Assembly: GCA_004764695.1 (NCBI GenBank)
Contig: SMSO01000032.1
Span: 8,340,483 to 8,404,482, forward strand
Source of the DNA: Schizochytrium sp. TIO01
Lineage: Eukaryota > Protista > Bigyra: Labyrinthulomycetes
Reading direction: 5' to 3'
Length of the DNA: 64,000 nucleotides
Shown here one piece after another: positions 23,146 to 36,474 of this stretch (position 1 is its first letter; each line of letters starts with the position of its first letter). The position numbers were made by a program, and so were the translations under genes. The notes beneath the pieces were generated by a model. It saw only the letters and a program-made list of their open reading frames with translations, had not been told where the DNA came from and made no database searches.

Positions 23146-23826
23146 TTAGACCTTGCTCATAGCCTGAACATCGATGGACTGAATGAGGTCACCGTACTTC
23201 TCCTCGATCATATCACTGAGACCATCGACACCCATAAGGTCATCGTAGACAACAGCGGAGATAGCGAGCTTCTTGATACCGAAGGCAACGGGCATGAGCT
23301 TGTGCTCCTTACCCCAGTTCTGGATACCCTCGTGCTCGAACTTCTTGATGCCCTTGGCAAGCTCCTCAAGGTCAGTCTCAGCGTCGAAAGGCTTGACCTC
23401 AAGAACGATAAGGGAGCGCTCACCCTTACCCTTACCGGCCTTGCGGGCAGCCTTCTCAGCAGCCATCTTCTCGGCGAGGGCCTTCTCGGCCTCCTCGTCG
23501 TCGTCGCCGAAGAGGTCATCATCGAAGTCATCATCGTCGTCAGCGGCAGCAGCGGCCTCCTTAGCGGGGGCAGCGGGGGCAGCGGCGGAGGCCTCAGGCC
23601 AGGCAGCGCGCTCGGCCTCGGAGAAGGCGTTCATGTGCTTGAGGAAGCGGGCGACGTGAGCAGCCTTCTTCTCATCAACAGAGACACCCTCAAGGGCCTT
23701 GAAGAGCTTGACGTCCTCCTGGGTGGGGGCGTAGCCAGACACGTAAGAGCGGGAGCTCATGAAGCCGTTAAGCTTGCCCATGCCGGCGGGGGTGTTGAGC
23801 TGGTCGAGAGCGGGGAGGGAGGCCAT
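23146..23826 (-). CDS. EEF1B: Translation elongation factor 1-beta (eEF1B)
   Basis: ATG at 23826 (MASLPALD); SRSYVSGYAPTQED, acidic DDDLFGDDDEE, SLIVLEVKPFDAETD, PVAFGIKKL, IQSIDVQAMSKV; strong C-ending codon bias. Confidence 0.95.
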   Translation of the reverse strand: MASLPALDQLNTPAGMGKLNGFMSSRSYVSGYAPTQEDVKLFKALEGVSVDEKKAAHVARFLKHMNAFSEAERAAWPEASAAAPAAPAKEAAAAADDDDDFDDDLFGDDDEEAEKALAEKMAAEKAARKAGKGKGERSLIVLEVKPFDAETDLEELAKGIKKFEHEGIQNWGKEHKLMPVAFGIKKLAISAVVYDDLMGVDGLSDMIEEKYGDLIQSIDVQAMSKV

Positions 23827-23846
23827 TGTGCTTGTGTGTGATATAC

Positions 23847-24529
23847 CTAAGTAAATAAAATTTAGAGTATCCGTGTCAACACATTTTGCCATAAAAAGAG
23901 TGAAGAACCGTTGTCGTAAATTAATACGTAATCGCCTCGAAATCAAGTTAGTTCACATTTTGTTCACGTAAAGCATATCTAGCCACACCACTTCTTCTTC
24001 ACTGAGATCTAGTAGCCTTGAGCAGTTACTTTTTCAGAGTGCATTCTTCAATACGCAATCCATTTATTACTGCCGCAAGAAGTAAACCTGTTGTATCAAC
24101 AGGAAAGCGTCACCATCGCAGTATCTCCGTAACCTTTTTCATCTTTGTTTCCCCTCCTTCTTTCCTACAAAATACCATTATTCAATACCATACAGGAAGC
24201 CAAAATATCTAGCCTACATATCAATTCATCCATCGTCACCATCGTATTCAACAGAGCTACTACGCAAAGCGACACTATTATTCGCGCCACAGCTTTGCAC
24301 AGGTACATGCAAGCATCAACAGTTGAGAGGTAACCCAAGAAGGATGTCGAGGCCTTGGGGCCACACGTTTCGGTCACGGAGGTCTCTCCGTGACCATCAA
24401 TCGATGCTTGACAGATAGCTAGTGCCTTGCAGCGTATCGGTGCGATCACAGCCTCATCCCCTTCCTCTCCCTTTCTCAGCAGGCGATGCGCCTACCGCCA
24501 TCCGCGCCGTCGGAGCAGCGGCTACGTAC
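23847..24529 (-). other. Probable 5'UTR intron of eEF1B
   Basis: Acceptor TTTATTTACTTAG|GTATAT 20 nt before the ATG; candidate donor ACG|GTACGT at 24529. Donor choice is inferred. Confidence 0.5.
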
Positions 24530-26253
24530 CGTGGAGTTGCGAGCGGAGTTCGATCGTTTGTTTGATTGTTTGTTTGTTTGTTTTCTTCTTCTTTAGCCTT
24601 CGTTGCGTTCCTTCTTCGAATCCTGTGGCTGTGCTATAGCCCCCTTTTTAGCCCTTTAGGCCACTTCCTCTACGCCTTGCATTTCTCCCCAAGCCAACTA
24701 GGAGTCTCTTACTGTTCACTACTAGTCCTGCCTCTCCTTCTTTCTTCTTCTTCTTCTTCTCTACAAAGTCTGAAGAATAAATAGCAGCCGCAGTTGAAGA
24801 TTCTTCACCGCGGCTGCTGAGGACCGTGCCGCCACCGCTGCTTCCCATGGCAAGCGGGCGAGCGAGCTGAAGGCAGGGCCCTGCGTCTGTGCTGCCTGTG
24901 GCGGCCTTCTTCGAAAGGCCTCCGAGTCTCCAGCTGCGTCGGAATTCTTTCTTTGCAGGTTCTTCGGGAAGGGACTAAGCTGTCAAGTAGTAAGTACTTT
25001 GCTCTAACTAGGCGAGGTCCTAGTGGCAGTCCTACCAGTTTCACTAGGCCCCGCGCTAGGAACTCGGTAATCGCAGAGCCGCCAATTCTTAGGGAGGTGG
25101 CACGATAACTCGATCTCTGAGGCCATCGCAAAGGAGCCTGAGGCTGCAGAAGATTGCTCGTGAAGTTTAACTTCAGATCTTGGGGCCTTAGTTGGGCAGC
25201 ACCTTTGCACGCTGACGATAGGCCGCGGGGTTTGGGATTTGGGCGAAGATACGAGAAGATGCGAAGAGCAGTTTGTCGTTGGGGTCTTAGCTGACTACGG
25301 TTGGCTTATGGGTTTACGGTAGAAGGGTGGTAGTCAGGGTCTTTCGCAGTGCCATTGACCGAAGATGCGACTTCTGTTCATCTTTGTAAATCAGACATTT
25401 AGAGGACATATCCAGAAAAAAATGCGGAGACGCTATTCCGAATGCTGGTACTGTTGCGTTGACTCAGGAGAGAAGAAAGAATGGCCCTCTAGATAGCACT
25501 GTGAAGCAAGACAAACTGCTAGGGAGCGAGCAATGCTTTTGTAAAGAGTAAGAGCCAGAGAGAAACGATTCGAGCGCCTGACTTTTCATTCAGGTAAAGC
25601 AATTAGCTGAGTGATCTTATGGGTACAGTATGCACAACACCATCTATCAAAATGTCCACCAAGTAGGGGGGAAGCCGTGATTTTTGACAAGGGTGTCAAA
25701 CCCATCACTGGAGAAATGTTTAGACTACAGAGAACCTCACTACACAGGTTTTTAAGAAGAAATCGCGTTTACTAAACCTCGCATGACTGAAATGAAGGGA
25801 ATGAAAGGGTCTTGAGAAAATGTGTATATGCAATTAAGGGTCACAGGATAGTCTTCTCTATAACTACAGTAAATTTGTTCTTGGCATACAAATCAAAATG
25901 TATAAAGCTTGAGCGCGGGTCTTTTAAGGCCATTTGGCCAGATCTAAAGCTAGAAGAGGGACAACGAGAGATGTTTTACAACAGATATAAAGATAGTCAA
26001 CAGTTTGAGCACGAGGGCAAATCAGATATAACACAGGAGTACTTTTCCTGGGTCTTAAACCTGTGCGTCGTGCTCTTTTATTATTTCGCTAGGGTTGCTA
26101 TTTGCTACAGAAGAAGCAGCGACTCACGGATTGGGGTTACAGGGTAACCATCAAACTTGCAGGATGTGCATGATGCAGATATTTGCCAGCTTGTTGAGAG
26201 ACCCGAATAGACGTTTTGGATCAGCAATTGTGGGGGTTAATATATGTCAGAGA

Positions 26254-26970
26254 TCAGTTGGCTTGAACGTTGTTGCTAGCAGCAGTAGTGGTGCTGGTGT
26301 GATGGCTGTGGAAGCGAATGCGCTTTGGGTGGATACTGTGCTTGGAGAAAGCGCGCTCCAGAACATGTGAGATTTGCCTGCGGAGAGTCTTTGGGGAGAG
26401 CGGGTTCTTGCTGGACTTTGTGGTCAGCTGCTTAGAGGAGGATGCAGACGCAGTGGCCACGGCAGGTGGTGCTGAGAGGGTCTTTTCCGGGGTCTCGACC
26501 CTTGCGTCAACAATCTTGGCCTCGATGGCTTCCGAGGAAAGAGCAACTTCAACGGCCTCGGGCTCCTCAACTGGTGACTCAATGGTAGCAGGCTCCTCTT
26601 CAACGTCCTGGATGTCCTGGAGGTCCGGGACATCATCGCAAGACATGAGGGTGGCGTTGTCATCAAGGAGGGTCTCGTTGTCGTCGTCCTGGTCGATATC
26701 AATATCGAGGTCGAACGGGGTCAGGAACATGAGTTCATCAGCAGATTGAGCGCGCAGAGTGGGAGATTGAGTAGGCGAAGCGGCCGGGGTGGTCTCCGGG
26801 GTGGAAAACATGGGAAAGTACACCATAATGTCATCCTTTTCCGGGGCCTTGAAGAAGACACCCTCATGTGCGGCAATCACGCCGGCGAGGCCAAAGTTCT
26901 TCATCAGATTTCTCTGCGAGTCTTCCCTGCTCCACACCACCGGGAGGTTTTCCTGGACCATGGCACCCAT
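26254..26970 (-). CDS. Orphan acidic/disordered protein
   Basis: 238-aa ATG ORF with AAG-ATG-G context and pronounced C/G-ending codon bias; no recognisable domain. Confidence 0.75.
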   Translation of the reverse strand: MGAMVQENLPVVWSREDSQRNLMKNFGLAGVIAAHEGVFFKAPEKDDIMVYFPMFSTPETTPAASPTQSPTLRAQSADELMFLTPFDLDIDIDQDDDNETLLDDNATLMSCDDVPDLQDIQDVEEEPATIESPVEEPEAVEVALSSEAIEAKIVDARVETPEKTLSAPPAVATASASSSKQLTTKSSKNPLSPKTLRRQISHVLERAFSKHSIHPKRIRFHSHHTSTTTAASNNVQAN

Positions 26971-26999
26971 CTTGATAGTTTTCTCAAAAGTCAGCTAGC

Positions 27000-29900
27000 T
27001 CGCTTTTCTCAAATCGCGAAATGAATGAATGAGTTGCTTGTTTGTTTGTTCTGAGTATTGCGCCTTGAAGAAGACCTTCTTCTCCAAAACCTGTCAGTTC
27101 TTGATTTGGATTTGCTGTTGCGTGCGAATGTCTCAACGACTGTTTGCTAAGATCTCGATGACTGGCTGCCGCCTTAGTTGTGGGTTTGCCTGCTTGGGTT
27201 CGCTCCGTTTGCGCCGTGTTTGTGCGTGCTGAGTGAGCGTGCCTTCCTTTTTCCCTTCATTCTTTTTTCTTTTTCCCTTCATTCTTTTTTCTTTTTCCCT
27301 TTCTCTTTCCTCTCAGAAATAACCTTTTCTTTTCTTTCATTTCTCTTTTCTTCGTTTTTTTTTTTTTTGCGCGCGCGCTTTCTCACCCTTTCTTCAGCTA
27401 TAGTACCTTTTTGATTTCTTCAGTGTTTCATTCAAGCAAAACTCTTTATTTTCTGTGAAGAACATAAGTAAACAAATAATTGAATATGATCATACACATA
27501 AATATATACATTATGTATTTATAAATAAATAAATTAAAAAACAAGTAAACAGCTTGAAATAGCAGATTAAGAAGGCTTCCCCTTTCCCTGCTTCAGTGCT
27601 TGGTCTCTTGGAATTCGCGTCTCTTCCTCCTCCCTTCATTCTTCTTCCCAGAGGCCTCGTACTGCTCCAACTGACACTGACTGTTGACAGTTCTGAGGTA
27701 GATACGAACGGAAGGCCAAGCAAGACAAAACTTTATGCCTCGTTTGGGCAGCGCCATCCATCCTCTCACGAATGTATGTTTTCCGTTCCTCTCAATACGC
27801 TGCAACTGCGATCTCATTCACTCACTCACTCACTCATTCGCTCTGCTTTTCTTTCTTTTCTTTTCTTTTCTTTTCTGCTGTTCTTTTCCGCTATTCTTTT
27901 CTTTTTCATTCGTCCTTTCTTTGATTCGAAAGTTTCTTTTGCCGTGTTCTTCAAAAGTTCGAAGTTCATTCTCCCCTCTCGACCACACTTTGGCCTGCAG
28001 GGACTCCTAGTGACCTCCTATCCCAAACAATAGCCCTACCCCTCTCTCGTTCTCGCGAGCAACCTGAGACGCGTGGGAACATTGAACACCAGCGGCGGTG
28101 CTAGTAGTTTCTATCATATTTGGCTAGCACGAGGTCAGCACGGCGTCCACCCACGGGAACGAGAGGCGCTACCGATTTCTACAGTATTCGATGGCACGAT
28201 AACGAGCCGAGGCCCTCGTTTCCTCTCATGACATGCATCGTCCTTCATTCATTCATTCATTCATTCACTCATAATAATAATCAATCGAGATCCTGAGAAG
28301 GACTTAGGAAGGAAAGTGATTCTTCTTTCATGATGGCGAACTTATCATTCATTCATTCATTCATTCATTCATGAACGAATGAATGAATGATGACGACGAT
28401 TCGTTGCTGCAGACAGATGGACTGACTGGCCTGGCCGATCGATCGGCCGCTCTAGCCGCTCGAGAGCGCTCGTGCAGGAACGGAGAGAGGGCAGCCCTGG
28501 TAGGCAGATTAGTTTGGGCCCGGCCGCTCGCTGCCCAGATTTACACGAGCGGCGAAGAGCACGCGGTCCGCTCGGAGGCCTCGCTTCGTTTTCCGGCGCC
28601 TGTCCTTGATATCATTACTTAGTCAATGAATAAATAAATAAATAGCAAATGAAAGGAAGAATCGAACTTTTCTTTCTCTCTTTCTCTCTTTTTTTGTTGT
28701 TTTGTTTTGTTTTTGTTTTGTTTTTGCTTTTGCTTTTAAAAAGCTCGTTCTCAAGCCCTCAATGGGTTGTGTTCGCAAGTAAATATGGTAGGTTAATGGA
28801 GGACCGATGGTTGGCTTTTCTCTCTGTTTGTTTGTGGAAACCTGCCACGATTTGAAAGCTGGAAAAGAAAAGGCAGCGACGAGAATTCGCTTTATTTTCT
28901 TGTTTTTTTATTTTTCCACGCTCTCAATCGATCAATCGTCGATCAATCGATGCATCACAGGATTCAGTAATTAGGCAGCGGGTCGCCTCAGAAGGATTTC
29001 TGAGGCGTATTGCTCACGCGAGTGATATGGAGAACGCGCAGCAGCGGCAGATTGACGGCCAATCTTGAATGCCTTCCATAGGTAAGTAAGTAAGTAAGTA
29101 AGTCAACTCTGGTTTCCTTTGGTTATCCTCAGTTCTGTCCTCTGCAAAGGAGAAGGCCGCGCCAACTGTCTGCTAGTTTTAATTACAGCTTTCATGAGAA
29201 AAAACTAACTCAGCCTGAGTTTTGACTTTTTATGGTTAAAAAGCGACATAAAAGAAAATGAAAACAAACCCATCAGGGGAAAAGGCGAATTAATTCGTGG
29301 TCAGCCTAGCGCGCTCTTAACATCTGCGCTAGGTGCTCTGGTCAGCGCTTTTCTTCGTCGCTGATTTCAAACTCTCAGTGCGATTTCAACAACAGTCCTG
29401 AGTTACGTGTTGGTCCTAAGTATGTCAGATTATATGCATGTTTACATAGAAACACCAGCAGATTTTTATTTTCATTTTTGTTAGTTTCTATTTAAAAAAA
29501 TAAAATAAACATAAAAACTTTTCTAAACACGAATAGATCAATTAATAATAAAAAGGCGTCATCGTGCCTGTTCTGTTCTTGACAGAGCGCTATTTCGATC
29601 GAGGCTGGCTGCCTGCCTGCCTGCCACTCGTCGCGGCCTCTTCTGGAGACGTCGAGGACGTGGCGGCAGCTGCAGATCCCGCCCACAGACAGACACGCGA
29701 CGCCTTCTCCCTCTCGCTCTCGAGTCGAGCGGGCGTAAGCAGCGTCCTGGGCACGTCTCGCACCGCACGGGCTGGCCGGAGATGGGCTCCCTCGAAATTG
29801 CGCTCGCTCGACAGAGAGAACGCAGTCTTACGTTTCCGCATAGTTAGGCGCCTACCACGGGAGAACGGGAGAGAGAACCGCGAGAGAGAGAGAGACAGAG

Positions 29901-32900
29901 AGAGAGAGACCCAAATCGTAATCGCGAACCTCCAAAGGAGGAAAAAGAAGGCCCAAGGAATACAGGGGACGCTTCTAAACGGTATGCCTTTTCTCTCTCG
30001 GTAAGACTCCGATAGCAGCGGCTAGGGGGCGAGGAGTCGTGGCGATTAGCAGAGCAGGCTCTTCAGGACACCATTGGAGAACTAGCTAGCTAACTCACTA
30101 AGCTTTTTTGCGTTGGAGATGCACGTGTGAACAGAATGGAATAGAATAACTGATGGCGCTCTCCATCGTTAAGAATGCAGGGCTGCTTGCGAAGGCTGAG
30201 TTTGCAGGGTTGGTCCCAGAGGCCCTGAAGAGCGCCTGCCTGCTGCTCGAGGAGGATCTATCTACCTCGAAAGCCAAAGGTCTCCGGCTCAAGGTCGGTT
30301 TCCTGGGCGACTTCTTTCTTTCTCTCTCTGCGATAGTTGCTGCGATATTGCGCGAAGGCGCTCAAGCTAAAACAAGATGGCGCCCCGGTGCTTAAAGCAG
30401 CAGAAAAGCAGATGAAAAGAAGAGGGAAGGACCGAGAGAGCCCGGAAAGACCAGATTTAATTAAAGCCATCGCTCGGGGCCGCGGCCTCCTTGTTTATTG
30501 TAAGCCCTTACTTCAAGACCGGCCGGCGTCTCCAAGTCTGAGATTCTCCAATCGATCGCTGCCATCGGCCTCGAATAAGTAAGTGCGGTTCACTTCACGA
30601 TGATTATTGATGCCTTTCTGTCTCAGTAGGAAAAACTAATTACTACCAGAGCCTTCATTTGTTTCTAAGTACTACTTACTGGTGTCTAATTGATTTATTT
30701 ATTTAAATTTAAAACAATAGAATCTTTACTTCGATTCCCTTTTTCTTTCTTGAATTTATTCTTCTTTAAAATATAAAGGAAAGAAAGAATGAACCGGAGC
30801 GAAACAAAGAGACGGAGAGATGCGTCCCCGAATCAGCTCTGTCGAACAGAGACCGCCTTTCGGCAGCTCTGATGACGGCAGTCCTTCGCTTAATATTCAC
30901 AGTTTGGCCCCTAAGAAGTGAAAGGAAGGGAATCAAGTTCGCCCCTTTCACGGAAAAGCACAGTGTGAGGAAGAGAGAGGACGGTAGGTACTATCGTAGC
31001 AACGTTGTATCGATGTATCGATCGTGAAGAAAGTATTTTTTAATTAAATTTAACTAAAACAGCTGCGATGGAGTCAGCGACGAGCTTGAAGTTTTGGCAA
31101 CGCGAACACAACTCACGCATAACGGTTGGTGTGGTGGACAGCCATCGGCTTCGGAGTGGCTTAGAGGGGAAGGTCACTGTTCAGGGCCCTCCGGAGAACC
31201 GCCGCTCGCGCTTTTCACGTTGGTTTCCAAACGGCGAGGAACAAACTGAAGAATGCGGCGGAAAAGAGAAAAGAGAATGAAGCGGAGGAGGTCTACACCC
31301 CCACTAACCTAAACGGCAGGACTGCACTCGTTTGAAATTATCCTGGCGGGAGAGAACGCAGAGAACGCGAGCGTCCTGCTCGCGATACCTATCACCCGAA
31401 ACCCTTCGCAGGTCAACAGAACTTGAAGACGCTTAAGCCTGTGGAGACTTGGTTGCGCATGCACCGTTACGCTTGCGGTCCAAATTGCGTTGACTCTGCT
31501 GTGTGGGTGTGTGCGTGCATTCAAACAACGGTCTTGACCTGCGGAGCGAAGATATCCTGGCGCTTTCTTCTCCTCTCAGAGCGGCGCTCCTTTCCGGCGC
31601 CTTTCTCGAGTCGAGGAATCCCTGAGATGTTGAACAGGTCTTCAGAACAGGCTCGAAAGAGAGGACAAAAGCTCCCGCCCGTTGCGGTGAGCAGGCACGA
31701 GCCGAAAGGAGCAACGATGAACCCATTTCGAGGATTTTGTAACGGATGGATGTCAAAAAGGAGTAGAACGAAGCAGGAAAACAGAAGAAAAAAGACTCCT
31801 GAGATGTCTGTCCATTCACAGTGATCGATTGGTTGGCGGTGAGAATCGTACCGGAGCCGGCATCCTGGCGACTCGAAATTGGATGAAGCTAGTGAGGAGG
31901 AGGTACGCGCGAATGATCTGCTTCGCGAAAATGATATCGTTGATAACTCGACTTCTTCAACGTCTATTTCAATCAAAGAAAAGCACCATGTAAGAGCATG
32001 TTCTTTGTCTTGTTAGATTATTCCATAGGGTCAATATTTAAATAATAATAGAAGGCTAAAACTGAAAGAAAGAAACACACATTTTTAATTCATTTAAATT
32101 TAAAATAAAAAAAATAAAGAATGGTTTTTAGTTAAAATATTGCCATCGTCACAAAGTGCGATTTGTTTTAAAGTGCCCTGAAACAGTAGAAAAGATGTCA
32201 CGCAAAGAGAGATGTAGTTGGACGAACTTTGGCTGCTTAAGGGTGGTGAAGGTAAGGTGTGGACAAACATTGAATTTCCAACCGCGTGCTCGAAGCTGAG
32301 AGGGTCTGCGAGACCCGCTTTTGCGAAAGTAGCCACAACCTTCAAATCAACCCAACAACAAAAGGTAAGTAATTTTAACCCACTCAAATGAATGCATGTG
32401 TAAAGTAAGAATGGAATTTTGAAACCAGTCAGTCAGTCAGTCAGTCAGCCAGCCAGCCAGCCAGCCACTTAGTCAGCCAGCTAAGAGGCGAATAGCACTG
32501 CCTAGTCCCTGCGACGATCATCGTCATCACGTTCACTCTGCTAGTTTAAACTAAAGAGTGTGTACCTAGGCTTCGCAGAAAGTGCCCTCACAGAACACTT
32601 CAGAACGCTGTGCTCCTACTGTACTCCATAACAAATCCCCCTAAATTGAGCGCGGTGGGAAAGAACGCAGTTTGAAAGTTGGAGAGAACGCAGATTGCGT
32701 GAGCGAGCGTTGATAGGACCCAGCTAGCGTAAAGTGTAGCACGGCAGGGTTCCCTTCGCTCGTGGATAGTGCCTCTTGTAAGTAAGGCTCGTTCGGGATG
32801 CGAGATCGTGCGACATTTAGTTCTACAGGCAAGCCTTGAAGGCGCGCCGTCCGTCCTGAACCCTGCTCTGGAAATCTGTTCGAGGCGAAGGCGGCTCCGG

Positions 32901-33157
32901 CGGAGAAAGTTCTTTCCGTTTTCCAGCCCGGCTGGCGGCTAGCTGGGCAGGTATTCATTCGTTTGTCCTCGGTTTGTTTGTCCATCGGTTTGTTGATTTC
33001 TCCAGCTCACTCGCTCGCTCGCTCGAGCCCAGAATTCCCCCTTACCGCCACTGCTATCTCTTTACGGTAGCACGGTATGGCGGGGCTCTGCTATTACATC
33101 CTCTTGTCAAGCAGGGACGGCCTTCGACCTAGTTGGCAACTCGTGTACGATACCGTG

Positions 33158-33197
<40 letters not shown>

Positions 33198-33900
33198 GTA
33201 TTTGTTTACTTCTAAATCATAGAAAAGAAAGAAAGAAAAAGACTTCCTTCTCTAATGTAAAATTTTGAATTGGTTTGAAAACACGTACGTACGTACAGGC
33301 TATGGCTAGTCGAGAGTGTGCCTGCGCGATAAGTCCCGGAATTCCGGCGTCGATGCGCTGGTGGATTCTTTGTTTTTGGATCTGGCGCTTCGACTGGATG
33401 AAAGAAAGTATTGAAACCTCAGCACAGATAAGTTGCTTCTTCCACCCATCGCGTGCATGATTAGGCGTAGGTATCGATCGCATCGTCGCGTGGAGGACAG
33501 AAAAAATAAGATACCTAAGCCCAACGAGCGACTGGGCTTGCTTGCAGAATTAGGAGAAGAGGGCGGGCGGGCCGCCTCTTGAGCGCGGCGTCCTGAGCAG
33601 CCTCTTCGGAACTGGACCAGTACGAAAGGGACGCTTCCTTTTAATCCGCTAGGCAACTGGTAGTGGCGACTACGGCGCAGTTAGGAACCAAGTCGTTTTT
33701 ACTTCTTTTATTTTTATTTTCTATTTAAATTAAAAAAAATTATATATATATAAATGATTATAAGCCTGAGCATTAATTCAAGAGAATAATTATTTGGGGA
33801 ACACGAAAAAGAATCGCTGCATGTATGTATGTATGTATGTATGTATGTGATGAAAAGTTTTCGAAGAAAGAATTGGAAAGGAAAGGGAAAAGATATGTAT
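27000..33900. repeat. SSR-rich non-coding region: (ATTC)n, (GTTT)n, (AAGT)n, (GA)n, (CAGT)/(CAGC)n, (TTGA)n, (ATGT)n
   Basis: For example (ATTC) at 28245-28266 and 28345-28371, (CAGT)/(CAGC) at 32426-32466, (TTGA) at 33160-33196; no credible ORF. Confidence 0.85.
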
Positions 33901-36126
33901 TTATCGTTGTGTCACGTTTATGCGGTACAGAAACACAAAAGGTTGGGAGGTCTACGAGTAGCTTCTACACAAGGGCGGGTGGTAAGCAGCACTTATTTAC
34001 ATCGTTCTGGCAGAGATGACACGTAGAGATGAACTTCCTGGGACGCACGGGAGATAATGATAACTTCGATTCGGAGCCAGCGATCATCATGATGGTCGTC
34101 ATTATGCCTACGATTGCGTTCTGCAAAGCGCGATGACGAACGAAGCAGCACCAGCACGGCCTCTGCGACCATACTCACAGGGGATAGACAAGAGCTAGCG
34201 TAACACAGATTATGACGTTGGCTGGTTCACAAGCAGCGACTCGCGGCGTCACGGAGGACACTGAGATCTGCGTTGCTTCTCGTCTCGCGAATACGTGCGG
34301 ATGTGCCTATAGGGGAGGAGGTGGCGATCTACGAGGAGGACCGTGAAGTTGGTAAGCATGGCCAGAGACCTTTCTACGCAGGGTGACTATCTAGCTAGCT
34401 ATTGCAGCATGGACCTTTGTTTGCGTCTCTTCGAGTCTCGGCATCGTTTCTTCCATTCTTGGACTTGGTACAATCAGGGAAGCGTCCGGGGGAACCTAGC
34501 GTATGGACGATGTGACAACATCTTTCTGGTGGTGAGAAGTATGCAGATTGCCAACGCATCTATTGACTGGTGACGTCCGACGGCGGAGAGGTGCATTTCG
34601 CTCTCGTGCCGTGGACAATGACGTCGTGGGTCATCGTTTGAGATGTCACGGAGACCGACACGCAACCAAAACCTCATCACCACTTCACGCAAGAGAACTT
34701 GGCTTGGCTTCAGCTCATGGGTCTTGGTTTTGACTGATTCTTTTGGCTTCATTGTAAGACTTGAGAGAATAACTACCTTGGATTAATTTTGCACCATGTC
34801 TCCAATAGATATAGTCTTCAGCGGATTTGCATTATCCTTCTTTGAGGATGAGGACCTGCAACAACTTCAAACTATGCTTGACCTACAGCCTAATGCATCT
34901 GCACCTACTCCGAAAAGGGCACCGGCACCCTCTCCTCGAACGTTTTTTAGTAATTTGTTGCAAGGTTTGCAAGGTAAAGCAGCAGAATAATGTACTTTCA
35001 TGATACAATTTACTGATTGAATTCGCTGTATATATAACTGCATGTGTATGTAGGATTCAGCCCTATTAACAAATTATCATGCACGGCTAAATTAAATTTA
35101 GATGGGGGCAGAACCATTCAAGTTTCTCAAGTAATAATCAAGCCTCTCACACAATTGCGGAGCTGCAGCAGAGATCATCTTGTGAAAGTGTATAAACACT
35201 ACAACATGCAATCTAGAGGAGTTAGCATCACTGTGACAAATTTTGCGTAGAGCTGCGTACTGGTTCTTCAAAGAAGACAACCCTAGACACAAAGGCATGT
35301 AAGCGATATATGCACAATTAAGATTTTCCGTTTGTGCTCCTGCGTTTCATTTTCAACCAATTCTTTTCCATGTTTATTTTATTGAGTGAATAGATTTCCT
35401 CAAGCGATAATATGAACAGTCAAACATACTCTTTAGCCACTGCAGTAGTATGAGTCTGCCGTCAAAGTGATTGAACTTCTTTTGGTATATCTCTCGAAAC
35501 AGAATCCGGGAGGTTTCTGATCTAAACTTCAACTTCGCGATCACAATAATCAATTCGTTGACAATTGTATTGTGATCAATGAACTGGATTGAAATCTTCA
35601 TCACTCGAAGCTCAAGTTTCTCTTCTCGCTACCCCGGAACCCAGGATATGTACCTCTTTTCGATGGTCGACATAGTTAGTATCTCTACTACAATGCTATT
35701 GTTTTAGCACTTCCGAAGGATATTTTCTTATCCCTAGCTATAAAACCCAGAATATTCAACTTCAACAAAAATTCAACTCAATAAATCAAACAACAGAGAT
35801 TCTCTCAAATGATAATTTCATCCAATGCATAGATGCCACACGACCCATCATTTCTCAATCAAATAACCAAACCACAGCCCCCGCTTGCTCTGCCTAAACA
35901 CTCACATGCGAGTATTCTTAGGTACTTACTGCACCATCACGTCGTAAATAGGTTTTGTAGGTAGGCAAGTAGGTACTACTACGCTATGAAATTTGTTGCA
36001 CTGTACCTGTGAAAACGTTAGAACCTAGACAACCTCCGAATTGAGGGTAGTGCCTATTCCATACGAATGATACATCATAATAATTTAGGTCTTTGTTAAG
36101 GACTGGATGTTAGGTAAGAAAATGGC

Positions 36127-36474
36127 ATGGCCAAGGAACCACCAAACACTGCAAGTGGAGCAAACCTTCAATTCAAATTATCAAATTACTTCAACCAAAA
36201 GTTTGGTGCCTCGGCAAGTGTCCTTCGGGTGCTTCCTCGGAGGCAATCGCATATACGCAAGTGACGACGTTGAGGGCACCTATGGCTAGGGTTTGTTTTG
36301 GCGCCGGCGAGCAACGCAGCACTGACTGTATCATTTTCTACGCCAGAGTATATCCTCTGCCAAGCAAAAACAGAATTTCAAATGCCAGACGAATAACCTT
36401 CAGCGTGCCTATCCAAACGCTACAAAGACTTCGGTAGAGAGGTCAATTTCAAAAGGCCGGGCTTGCGCGCCCTG
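36127..36474 (+). pseudogene. tnpA: IS607-type serine recombinase (TnpA), 5' half, frameshifted
   Basis: Read across frames: VLRVLP/GGNRIYASDDV (HTH wing, cf. R.PGG.RLY); IIFYARV (TAC at 36339), then a 2-nt TA insertion, then SSAKQKQNFKCQTNNLQRAYPNA; then KDFGREVNFKRPGLRAL (36424-36474). Matches the IS607 TnpA pattern YARVSS.KQK.DL.RQ...L...YP....D.GSG.NFKR.GL. Confidence 0.88.

Noticed and set aside
23827-23946. 40-aa N-terminal extension of eEF1B in the track ORF
   Set aside because: It starts at TTG, is AT-rich, lacks the codon bias and spans a splice acceptor; the true start is ATG 23826.
23847-24529. Intronic snoRNA in the eEF1B intron
   Set aside because: No convincing C (RTGATGA) and D (CTGA) box pair with a terminal stem was found by eye.
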